DNA from: a virus | Virus record (IMG/VR): IMGVR_UViG_3300020202_000018 | Coordinates: 1 to 48,987 of that record | Length of the DNA: 48,987 bases | Strand: one strand, 5' to 3' | Part shown: positions 19,482 through 26,708 of the stretch, one piece after another | Layout of the letters: every line of letters starts with the position of its first letter | How positions within the stretch are numbered: position 1 is the stretch's first letter | Made by a program: the position numbers and the translations under genes | Notes under the pieces: generated by a model | Database searches by the model: none | The model's input: the letters and a program-made list of their open reading frames with translations, nothing else | Told to the model about the DNA's origin: nothing

Positions 19482-19914
19482 TTTTTATTCTCTTAATGAC
19501 TCTGGGCGGTGGATAATTTCCACCGTTTAGGAAGTTTTTAATTGTTGGTTCTTTGATCGACAGCAATTCGGCGGTTAGTTGATCGTCTAATTTTGCCCAT
19601 TCATTGATTTCTACCTCTAAATCGTATCCAGTTATTGTTGGCTTTCTGGATTTTACGCGTAGAAATGATAATAGCTCGAATGTAATTGTTTGTTGGGCTA
19701 GACCTTCATAATTATCTACCTTTTCTATGGTCTCTGCTGCTGTTGCTAGTTTCAGTAGTACACGGGAAACAATGTCTTCTTTATCCTCTTTGGTTAGAGA
19801 TTTTAGACGACTGGTCCTATTGTTTACATGATGGTAAACAAACTTTATATTTCCTCCTATCCAATCTATCAGATATTGATTCATTTTGTCCCTCAGTAGG
19901 GAATATTGTAACAC
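19471..19914 (-). CDS. Hypothetical protein, first gene of the late operon
   Basis: 147-aa ORF. There is a faint sigma-region-2-like stretch (DIVSRVLLKL) that I cannot support. Confidence 0.5.
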   Translation of the reverse strand: MLQYSLLRDKMNQYLIDWIGGNIKFVYHHVNNRTSRLKSLTKEDKEDIVSRVLLKLATAAETIEKVDNYEGLAQQTITFELLSFLRVKSRKPTITGYDLEVEINEWAKLDDQLTAELLSIKEPTIKNFLNGGNYPPPRVIKRIKNGR

Positions 19915-20011
19915 ACGCTTCGCATTTCCTACTTAGTGTTTTGACTAGTTTTGCGGTAGTGGTCTCGGCGGCCGCTTTTTAGCGAAAAAATAGTGGGAAA
20001 AGGGGTGTCTC

Positions 20012-20093
20012 AGGTTCAAAATAGCCACGCATAAAGGGGTTTATCCGTTCTCGAATGTCTACCTATTTCAGCGTTAACGCATAAAGGGGTTTA
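20012..20093. repeat. Direct repeats in the control region. A perfect 17-nt ACGCATAAAGGGGTTTA occurs at 20027..20043 and 20077..20093.
   Basis: Read directly. Spacing is 50 nt. Further partial copies lie at 20158, 20231 and 39821. AGGTTCAAAAT occurs at 20012 and 20145. TTATCCG occurs at 20041 and 20112, and inverted at 20294. Confidence 0.85.
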
Positions 20094-20243
20094 GGTGTTG
20101 GGGTTTCGGCTTTATCCGCTATAAAGTGGAGGAAGGTAGTTTTTAGGTTCAAAATTTAACGCATGGACCCGCAGAAACGTTGTATTTTTTGGGGTTTGTG
20201 CGCTATGATATCGCAATGGTCCGACATTTTAGCGCATAAATCC

Positions 20244-20271
20244 CCCCTACACCCCCTTTAGGGGGTAGGGG
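20244..20271. promoter_or_regulatory. GC-rich hairpin cccctac-accccc-ttta-gggggt-agggg in the control region
   Basis: Read directly: a 6-bp core stem plus a 5-bp outer stem with a 2-nt bulge. Confidence 0.6.
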
Positions 20272-20316
20272 ATGTTTTGCGCTATGTCCGAGGCGGATAA
20301 CCGTATTAATACGAGT

Positions 20317-20332
20317 CTAGTCATATGACTAG
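20317..20332. promoter_or_regulatory. Perfect 16-bp palindrome CTAGTCATATGACTAG (operator-like) just upstream of the RBS of the HNH-like gene
   Basis: Read directly. Its half-site CTAGTCAT recurs inside the array promoter (25408..25415). Confidence 0.6.
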
Positions 20333-20351
20333 TATTTAGAGGTGATTTAAA

Positions 20352-20729
20352 ATGAATTTAGTTATAGATAATGTTAATGAGAATCATGTTGAGATTCATT
20401 TTTTAGATGGTAGAGTAGCATATGTAGATAGACGGTTTTATGGGTCTGTTATTGGAAAGACATGGACTATTAAAACTTCGTCTGGAGATAAGTTATTTAT
20501 TAATTGTAGAAGGTCAGGTGAATATTTACATTCATTAGTACTGGGCAGGAAACTAAAGGGGTATGAGAGGTTAAGATTTAAGGATGGTAATTGTTTAAAC
20601 TGTAAGGCAGAGAACATTGAAGTGTATGTAATGGAAGGTGCACGACCTGAAACTATTAAGAAAATAGAACGTCAAAGAAAAAGATTTGAGAAGCAAATGA
20701 GAAGAATGGGAATTTGGACTACATGTTAG
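20352..20729 (+). CDS. HNH_3/AP2-like endonuclease-like protein, possibly degenerate
   Basis: YLHSLVLGRKL...RFKDGNCLNCKAENIE resembles the YLHRLV...HxDGNxxNNxxxNL motif, but the metal-ligand His position reads Phe. It is the only plus-strand gene in this region. Confidence 0.4.
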   Translation: MNLVIDNVNENHVEIHFLDGRVAYVDRRFYGSVIGKTWTIKTSSGDKLFINCRRSGEYLHSLVLGRKLKGYERLRFKDGNCLNCKAENIEVYVMEGARPETIKKIERQRKRFEKQMRRMGIWTTC

Positions 20730-20950
20730 AGGGTATAATTTATTCCCTTATAGAGAAATGGTAGAAATAAGTTTGTGTTGAAGGGGGACCCTTATTTCAT
20801 TTTCATTGCTCTAGCAAAGACGAGTTTATATAAACAATGAAACAAGCAATACATTATTTAGTCTATTGACTACTAGTCTATATAGTCTAGAAAACACTGG
20901 TTTAAAGCGCCTATTTAAATCAAACGTTTGTTTGACCGAGCTCAAATAAA

Positions 20951-20988
20951 AAAGGTCCCAGCTAGACTATTGCCTAACTAGGACCTTT
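20951..20988. terminator. Bidirectional intrinsic terminator between convergent genes
   Basis: aaaggtcc...ggaccttt forms an 8-bp stem plus an extended imperfect stem. It is flanked by an A-run (20945..20953) and tttgttgtt. Confidence 0.7.
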
Positions 20989-20995
20989 GTTGTTG

Positions 20996-21184
20996 CTAAC
21001 CTCTCTCACCACGTAAGAGATAAGCAACTAGATTGAATACCTTACCATAATCCACAAACCATTGATAGTACGCTTCTCTGGCTTCCTTACTTAGCTTGTG
21101 GACTGTCACCGTCTGTAGATAATCATAGGACTTCCCTGTGAGCGGAAGCCGTCTAATTTCTTCGGTCGTTGGCATTGTGCTCAC
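20996..21184 (-). CDS. Hypothetical protein
   Basis: 62-aa ORF with a 4-nt overlap to the upstream gene. Confidence 0.5.
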   Translation of the reverse strand: MSTMPTTEEIRRLPLTGKSYDYLQTVTVHKLSKEAREAYYQWFVDYGKVFNLVAYLLRGERG

Positions 21185-21363
21185 CTTGGAAGTTTTAACT
21201 CCGCTAGTTCATTAATCACTTCAGGCTGACTCATGAACCAATTGAACCTATTACATACAGGTCTAACCGCTTCATATTCCCATCCTGACTTAATCGCTAT
21301 CATGTTGGCAGTGATATGAGAGTTGTAGTTAACTAGTAACTCCCAAATTTCTCTCTCGGTCAT
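21181..21363 (-). CDS. Hypothetical protein
   Basis: 60-aa ORF with 4-nt overlaps on both sides. Confidence 0.5.
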   Translation of the reverse strand: MTEREIWELLVNYNSHITANMIAIKSGWEYEAVRPVCNRFNWFMSQPEVINELAELKLPR

Positions 21364-21665
21364 TCCATATCACCTAAACTAAAACGTTTCCTGACTTTTA
21401 TTACAGGTTGATATGGTTCAACTTGCTTAGTTTCTTCCAAGTATCTCCTTTCCTTTTCCTCAATGGATTGCATTACTTCGTTAAAGTCCGGCAACGCCTC
21501 AATTTCGTGTCCCGCCAGAAACTCACAGTAAGTATGCTGCAAGCTACTAGCAAACACCCTTGGAATGTTCACACTTGGAATGCTGATCTTTGGTAATAGA
21601 TTATCCCTCATTGGACTTTCCTTGTTTCTTAATCCGAAGAATGGCCGATAGCTATTTCTAGCCAC
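21360..21665 (-). CDS. Hypothetical protein
   Basis: 101-aa ORF in the same coupled series. Confidence 0.55.
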   Translation of the reverse strand: MARNSYRPFFGLRNKESPMRDNLLPKISIPSVNIPRVFASSLQHTYCEFLAGHEIEALPDFNEVMQSIEEKERRYLEETKQVEPYQPVIKVRKRFSLGDME

Positions 21666-21694
21666 CGACCATTCTATTCCCTATTCGTTCTACG

Positions 21695-22294
21695 TTAAGC
21701 CGCTGCTTCCGGAGTAACCTCTTCTACAGTTTCCGGCGCCTCTCCCCCACTGTTAGCGGTGTTTTTGCTTGCCCGCTTAGGCTTAACCGCTTCTGGTGCT
21801 TGATCCTTAAACTTCTGGATTGCAGTTTGCAATCCAGACATTACAGGATAAACCTGATCCCATCTCTCTTCACCGACTCCAACCGCTAGCAGTTCAGCTA
21901 GCTTAGAACCCTCGATAAGAGTAAGAACCTGCTCAGGGAGCGTTGCAGTCTTACCAAATAGCGTGATCTCGATTGCAGAGACATCGCGTCCCCGCTTAGA
22001 CTCAAAGACTTCGGAATCTTCAGGCTCATTCTCAAGCTTAGTAATAACAAGCTTGATCCACTTGTTTAGTCCGTCCTTGTAGTCTTGGAAGGTTGAATTA
22101 CCCTCCTTTACGCTCTTAACCCAGTTCTCAAGCTCATCTCCCTTAGATTCGGAAGCAATAGCTTCTCTAACCTTCTTGGGAAGAGCGGAGTTAAGGTCGC
22201 GAATCATCTTCTTAACAACCGGGAAACCGGGTGCAAGTCCGAGACCCAGATCAAACGCCTTTACGTAGAACATAACGTCATTCTTATCAGCCAT
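21695..22294 (-). CDS. Hypothetical protein with an acidic, Ala/Pro/Glu-rich C-terminal tail
   Basis: 199 aa, higher-GC codon usage. It is preceded by a ~330-nt untranslated leader from a near-consensus promoter. Confidence 0.65.
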   Translation of the reverse strand: MADKNDVMFYVKAFDLGLGLAPGFPVVKKMIRDLNSALPKKVREAIASESKGDELENWVKSVKEGNSTFQDYKDGLNKWIKLVITKLENEPEDSEVFESKRGRDVSAIEITLFGKTATLPEQVLTLIEGSKLAELLAVGVGEERWDQVYPVMSGLQTAIQKFKDQAPEAVKPKRASKNTANSGGEAPETVEEVTPEAAA

Positions 22295-22477
22295 TTTCTT
22301 TTTCTCCTAACCGTATTCTCGGAACACTCACAATTAGCTAAGCACCATCAGCTTTCGCCGATCGCCTAACCACTGCAAGTATTCAATTGTCAAGGTGCAA
22401 ACCGTCAGGACTTCATCAGCCCATACTCAACCGTTCTATTCAATATTCAACTGTACAGACATAGTATCACAAGCCAA

Positions 22478-22510
22478 GCCCAAATGCCAAGTGTTTGGGC
22501 GACTTTTTTT
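22478..22510 (+). terminator. Orphan plus-strand intrinsic-terminator-like hairpin inside the leader
   Basis: gcccaaa-tgccaagtg-tttgggc followed by gacttttttt. There is no plus-strand CDS upstream. Confidence 0.5.
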
Positions 22511-22632
22511 GAATATTCTTCGGTGGATCGGTCGGCATAGTGGTTCCCACACTATCCAGCCCATATACGTTTGTCTACCGCCTAACTTTCAATCGGGAGT
22601 GAAAGTTCATCCTTGCATATTTGCAATCACCC

Positions 22633-22661
22633 TATATACCTCATCCGCACACTTTTGTCAA
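22633..22661 (-). promoter_or_regulatory. Sigma70-type promoter TTGACA-17-TATATA
   Basis: Minus strand reads TTGACAAAAGTGTGCGGATGAGGTATATA. Confidence 0.6.
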
Positions 22662-22871
22662 CCCCTTATCTACATATCGCAAGGGAATTCACAGTGAATA
22701 TATTTAAAACCACTGTTAATTAACCAACAACCAACAATATTATCAATCATCCAACAATCAATTTTTAAATTTAACCGGCGCAATCCTCCACTTACAACCA
22801 CTAACTAACACCCCTCTATTTCCTTCCCACTGCAAATCGAATTACATTTACCAATCACATACAAATAAAAA

Positions 22872-22904
22872 CCCCTCACCCCACTAAAAAATTGGGGAAA
22901 GGGG
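22872..22904 (-). terminator. Intrinsic terminator ending the paralogue-array operon
   Basis: Minus strand reads CCCCTTTCCCCAATTTTTTAGTGGGGTGAGGGG followed by TTTTTATTTGT. Confidence 0.7.
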
Positions 22905-22911
22905 GACCCTT

Positions 22912-23175
22912 TCAATCTTTATTCATTCCAATTAATTCTACTGTGGTGGGTCTTATTTCATACCCTCTATCAAATCTCTTTACAAACCCGTTATCAACAA
23001 TTCCATACCGTTTTGCACCCTCTATTTCCGTATTGGTTATTACGGCACACCAAGGAGATACTTTAACACTTACCGGATTTAATTGCCTTTTAATAGCTAA
23101 AGCCAATGGGCAATTAGATGGGTCCATTTTCTTTCCTTTGTCGATGTCATCCTGGGTTATTTGGATTTTAATCAT
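22912..23175 (-). CDS. Array paralogue 1 (CP[IVL]ALA / FDxG family)
   Basis: IKIQITQDDIDKG...NCPLALAIK...FVKRFDRGYEIRP. The track start at 23187 is a TTG. ATG at 23175 gives an 8-nt overlap. Confidence 0.75.
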   Translation of the reverse strand: MIKIQITQDDIDKGKKMDPSNCPLALAIKRQLNPVSVKVSPWCAVITNTEIEGAKRYGIVDNGFVKRFDRGYEIRPTTVELIGMNKD

Positions 23176-23455
23176 ATGACAACTCAAACTCTACTTCCGT
23201 TTCAAATGGGCCATAATAACCGCCATTATCGAATTCCACAATAAATAAATAACATTCTTGTGGAGTTCTAGCTACCCATTTAATTCTGGGTTTATGATCG
23301 GGATATAATTTAATTTTATGAATTCCCGCCACTACTTCATCGAACTCTGGATATTTTTCTTTAATAGCTAGTGCAATGGGACAAGTGCTGGCTGATCTGC
23401 CTCCTCTTTTAATATGTTCTTCACTAACTTTGATCTTGATTGTTCGTTTACTCAT
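23168..23455 (-). CDS. Array paralogue 2
   Basis: MSKRTIKIKVSEEHIKRG...TCPIALAIKEKYPEF...FIVEFDNG. A GGAGAG SD lies before ATG 23455. Confidence 0.75.
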   Translation of the reverse strand: MSKRTIKIKVSEEHIKRGGRSASTCPIALAIKEKYPEFDEVVAGIHKIKLYPDHKPRIKWVARTPQECYLFIVEFDNGGYYGPFETEVEFELSYD

Positions 23456-23741
23456 CCTTACTCTCCTCATTAATCTCGATAGTATAGTGGGAGGGACTTA
23501 CTGGATTACCATTGTCAAATTCCCTAATAAAATTTCTCATAGTATGAGTTACAGTTCCAATTGCGTGCTCCCCATTAAATCCCCTAAATAATAACACTCT
23601 TCTGCACCCAACTATTATCATTTTATACTCTGGAAGTTTTTCTTTCAAAGCGAGAGCAATTGGACACTGTATTATATCTGTTTTGTGTGCATTTTTAATA
23701 TGCTCTTCAGTAACTTTGATTTTTATTTTTCGTTTACTCAT
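23448..23741 (-). CDS. Array paralogue 3
   Basis: MSKRKIKIKVTEEHIKN...QCPIALALKEKLPEY...FIREFDNG. The 5' 45 nt is 40/45 identical to paralogue 2. Confidence 0.75.
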   Translation of the reverse strand: MSKRKIKIKVTEEHIKNAHKTDIIQCPIALALKEKLPEYKMIIVGCRRVLLFRGFNGEHAIGTVTHTMRNFIREFDNGNPVSPSHYTIEINEESKDE

Positions 23742-24042
23742 CTTTACCCATCTTATAAATCCGTACATCATAGCGTGAAGGTTTTACCGACATTCCTCTA
23801 TCAAAGTCTGCTATAAATGTTTTTAGCCTCGTATTTGGACACACATAATGACTCGCGTAAGGACTCCCTTCAATATAAAGATAGATTATTGAGTATCCAA
23901 CTACTACCTTTGTGAACTCTGGAAATCTATCTTTTAGTGCAAGTGATACAGGGCACATATGGGAATCCGACCTTTTTCCGTTTTTAATGTGCTCTTCAGT
24001 GACTTCAAATTTAACAGTAAAAATCCTACTCAACAAGTTCAT
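23734..24042 (-). CDS. Array paralogue 4
   Basis: VKFEVTEEHIKNG...MCPVSLALKDRFPEF...FIADFDRG. ATGA overlap with paralogue 5. Confidence 0.75.
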   Translation of the reverse strand: MNLLSRIFTVKFEVTEEHIKNGKRSDSHMCPVSLALKDRFPEFTKVVVGYSIIYLYIEGSPYASHYVCPNTRLKTFIADFDRGMSVKPSRYDVRIYKMGKDE

Positions 24043-24329
24043 ATTTTCCTCTTAACATCATGAATCAAAATCTCAAATTCCTCTGGTATAACTGGAACTC
24101 CTGTATCAAAATCTGTTATAAAATCTATAACTCTATCTGATAGTATTCCAATTGCTGTGTAGTAACGTTCCCCAGGGGTATAAAAGTACACACAATGCGG
24201 GCGCACACTTATACGAGAAAATTCTGGTAATTTATTTTTTAGGGCGAGTGCAACTGGGCATGATTCGCTAGAACTAGGGACCCCCTCTTTAATTTGATCT
24301 TCGGTTACAGTGAATTTAATTTGTTTCAT
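24039..24329 (-). CDS. Array paralogue 5
   Basis: IKFTVTEDQIKEG...SCPVALALKNKLPEF...FITDFDTG. Confidence 0.75.
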   Translation of the reverse strand: MKQIKFTVTEDQIKEGVPSSSESCPVALALKNKLPEFSRISVRPHCVYFYTPGERYYTAIGILSDRVIDFITDFDTGVPVIPEEFEILIHDVKRKI

Positions 24330-24627
24330 TTCTGTACTCTCGCTCCTTATAAATGTGTGCTAGTTCAATCTCAAACTCAACAGGAACCACTTCCAATCCT
24401 GCGTCGAATCTCCAAATGAAATCTTTAATTTCATCGGGTGTAAAGAATAGAAATCCCTGAGCCCCCTCACCCACTGCTTCCAAGAAACGGTAATTTACAC
24501 GGGCTTCTTTAACTTTTAGCTCATCTTTTAGTGACAGCGCAATCGGACAACACTCACGACTGTTACGTATTCCCCTAAAAATGTGCTCACTGTTAACTTT
24601 GATTTTTATCTTACTTCCAATGTCCAT
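24316..24627 (-). CDS. Array paralogue 6
   Basis: IKIKVNSEHIFRG...CCPIALSLKDEL...FIWRFDAG. Confidence 0.75.
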   Translation of the reverse strand: MDIGSKIKIKVNSEHIFRGIRNSRECCPIALSLKDELKVKEARVNYRFLEAVGEGAQGFLFFTPDEIKDFIWRFDAGLEVVPVEFEIELAHIYKEREYRNETN

Positions 24628-24629
24628 TA

Positions 24630-24926
24630 TTAAATTCTCCTTCTGGAAAGTTTTAATGTAAACGGATCAACCATTTTGCCATTGTCAAAATTACCTATAA
24701 ATTTACGTGCTTCATTATCCATATCAAAAAACCTAACACCTTCTACTGTTTCTATAGAAGTTCCTAGGTGATGGACTATCAATGATACAACACCATCATT
24801 AATGAGTTTTTCTTTAATTGCCAGCGCGATAGGACAATATGATGCACTGTTAGGAGTTCCGTTTTTAATATGTTCTTCAGTAACATCAATTTCCATGTAA
24901 TCAGGTAGGGACTCACTCATTTTCAT
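24630..24926 (-). CDS. Array paralogue 7
   Basis: MEIDVTEEHIKNG...YCPIALAIKEKL...FIGNFDNG. Confidence 0.75.
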   Translation of the reverse strand: MKMSESLPDYMEIDVTEEHIKNGTPNSASYCPIALAIKEKLINDGVVSLIVHHLGTSIETVEGVRFFDMDNEARKFIGNFDNGKMVDPFTLKLSRRRI

Positions 24927-25216
24927 TCTCCATACTTACGCTCTAATCGTGCTTTGAATGGCCTGACACACTTTCCTCTATCAAACTCACTAATAAAATT
25001 AGTTACTTCCTTGTCAAGGACGTACCAATAATAGGATGTTCCATATTTAATACATACCTCTCTACTAAAAACCACCACCCAGTTTTCTCCTGCATTTAAT
25101 TTCTCTTTCAAAGCCAATGCTACCGGACAACGTGAGTAATCCGTCCTCCTCCCATTCGTAATATGATTCTCAGTAATATCGACTTCAATAATTTCTGGTA
25201 ACTTGTTTTTTCTCAT
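24923..25216 (-). CDS. Array paralogue 8, first gene after the internal promoter
   Basis: IEVDITENHITNG...RCPVALALKEKL...FISEFDRG. ATGA overlap with paralogue 7. Confidence 0.75.
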   Translation of the reverse strand: MRKNKLPEIIEVDITENHITNGRRTDYSRCPVALALKEKLNAGENWVVVFSREVCIKYGTSYYWYVLDKEVTNFISEFDRGKCVRPFKARLERKYGE

Positions 25217-25399
25217 ATTTGCTTATTTCTTTTATGTCCGTTCCACTGGTTAAATCACTAGTGGGGCTTCGCACACACGCACACGTACCCCTTTCTAGAA
25301 TGCCTATTACTGACCCTACAATCAATTTCTATGGGCTAAACATCGTTTCCCGGCAATTGATGGGTCGCAGACACCGAGACCGCCTGAAATGACCGTTTA

Positions 25400-25427
25400 A
25401 TTATACCCTAGTCATTTCACCAGTCTA
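25400..25427 (-). promoter_or_regulatory. Sigma70-type promoter TAGACT-16-TATAAT in the 213-bp gap inside the array
   Basis: Minus strand reads TAGACTGGTGAAATGACTAGGGTATAAT. It shares GGGTATAAT with the promoters at 37.6 kb. Confidence 0.5.
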
Positions 25428-25429
25428 CT

Positions 25430-25759
25430 CTACACCTTATTTTCTATCTCGTTCCAATCACTCTTAGTAATCCTAATTTTCCAGATTGCCTGTTTACCGC
25501 GACTGATTCCACCGGTCACAATCATATACCAATCTTTGACAAAAAGCTCCAAGCCACTAGTCACGTGTCTGGTTTCTCCCTTCTTATTAATTGCAAAGTG
25601 GGAATCCCTACTTCCTCCATCCCACATTGGCTTATTTAGAATCACTGTACCTTCATCATCAAAGACGGTAACAATAACGGAATGCTTTTTGTAACCAGCC
25701 TTCTTAAGAATTGTAAACAGTGGGTGTGGCTTCTTGATAATCATCGCTCGTTCCTCCAA
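25430..25759 (-). CDS. Hypothetical protein, unrelated to the array family
   Basis: 109-aa ORF interrupting the array. Confidence 0.6.
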   Translation of the reverse strand: MEERAMIIKKPHPLFTILKKAGYKKHSVIVTVFDDEGTVILNKPMWDGGSRDSHFAINKKGETRHVTSGLELFVKDWYMIVTGGISRGKQAIWKIRITKSDWNEIENKV

Positions 25760-26184
25760 TCCAAAAGTAAAGCCTTAGTAGGACTTATAGAAAATCCATT
25801 GTCAAATCTGGTTAAGAAAGTTTTTGTAATCCTACTTATACTGAACATACGTTTTTCTTCTTCGTTATAAACGTTGTTCCCTACAACAACCCAACAACCT
25901 CCAAATTTGACACTCAATGCTAAAGACAATGGATTAAGGGTACTGGAACTCTTCACAGCATTATCAATATTATATTGACTTATACTTATCTCAAGTAAAC
26001 GTGGGAGTGTAACCAAATCGTTCTTATATAAAATCCAATTATCCCCTTCTCTATGAAATACCTCCCCATCCAGCATAATTGGGTTTTCACTTGTACTCTG
26101 ACTCAGTATAATATTTGCCAACAAAATTGGATCGTAATGCGCTACTAAGTAGTCAATTACCTCTTCAAAATTCATTTCAGTCAT
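25741..26184 (-). CDS. Array paralogue 9. It is degenerate, with an N-terminal ~70-aa extension and the motif Cys replaced by Asn.
   Basis: The C-terminal half reads LNPLSLALSVKFG...FLTRFDNGFSISP. Confidence 0.6.
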   Translation of the reverse strand: MTEMNFEEVIDYLVAHYDPILLANIILSQSTSENPIMLDGEVFHREGDNWILYKNDLVTLPRLLEISISQYNIDNAVKSSSTLNPLSLALSVKFGGCWVVVGNNVYNEEEKRMFSISRITKTFLTRFDNGFSISPTKALLLDWRNER

Positions 26185-26461
26185 TGGAAGAATGCTCCTT
26201 TAAGCACACAGTAGTAGGGGCCACAATTTCCCCGTTATCAAACATACGAACAAATTTAGCAGCAGAATCACATAAAGAAAACTGCTTTCCCTTACTACCA
26301 AAATTTGTAGCCGCAAACTCGTAAACTGAATAGCGGACACCAAATTTTCTACTAAGCGCTAAAGCGAGTGGGCACGTACGACCGGAATAATGTTTACCTC
26401 TTCTGATGTCATCCTCAGTTATCTTGACTCTTATAATCTTCCTTTTAGTTGGCACTGTCAT
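26177..26461 (-). CDS. Array paralogue 10
   Basis: IRVKITEDDIRRG...TCPLALALSRKFG...FVRMFDNGEIVAP. Confidence 0.75.
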   Translation of the reverse strand: MTVPTKRKIIRVKITEDDIRRGKHYSGRTCPLALALSRKFGVRYSVYEFAATNFGSKGKQFSLCDSAAKFVRMFDNGEIVAPTTVCLKEHSSND

Positions 26462-26708
26462 TCACCTCCAATTCAAATGTAATAGGCTCAACCTCTTTAC
26501 CTTTGTCAAAATCATCTATAAACTTTATTACCTCTTTTGGAAGTTTAAACAGTTTGATACCCTTTAAATCAAAAACTAAATTGGATGAGACCCTACAATA
26601 TCCACCAATTTCCCTAGAAATTGCCCTAGAAACAGGACAAAATAACGGGCAAAACCTGGCACCCATTAGTATGTCAAACTTATTAACCTCAATTTTAATC
26701 TTAGGCAT
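26445..26708 (-). CDS. Array paralogue 11. Its likely start is Met18 of the track ORF.
   Basis: MPKIKIEVNKFDILMG...FCPVSRAISREIG...FIDDFDKGKEVEP. ATG 26708 gives the same 8-nt overlap seen elsewhere in the array. Confidence 0.65.
   Translation of the reverse strand: MPKIKIEVNKFDILMGARFCPLFCPVSRAISREIGGYCRVSSNLVFDLKGIKLFKLPKEVIKFIDDFDKGKEVEPITFELEVNDSAN

Noticed and set aside
20041-20300. TTATCCG repeats read as DnaA boxes
   Set aside because: Only 7 of 9 positions match TTATCCACA, and the 3' CACA is absent in all three copies. I report them as repeats but do not call them DnaA boxes.
20736-20744. A plus-strand GGGTATAAT after the HNH-like gene as a promoter for a small RNA ending at the 20951..20988 terminator
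   Set aside because: The best -35 candidate (TTGGAC) is only 14 nt away, which is too short a spacer. I note it as sharing the phage -10 context but cannot support a promoter call.
22395-22697. A 100-aa plus-strand ORF in the long non-coding region
   Set aside because: It starts with GTG and is interrupted functionally by a terminator-like hairpin plus T-tract at 22478..22510. Its amino-acid composition is odd and it has no RBS.
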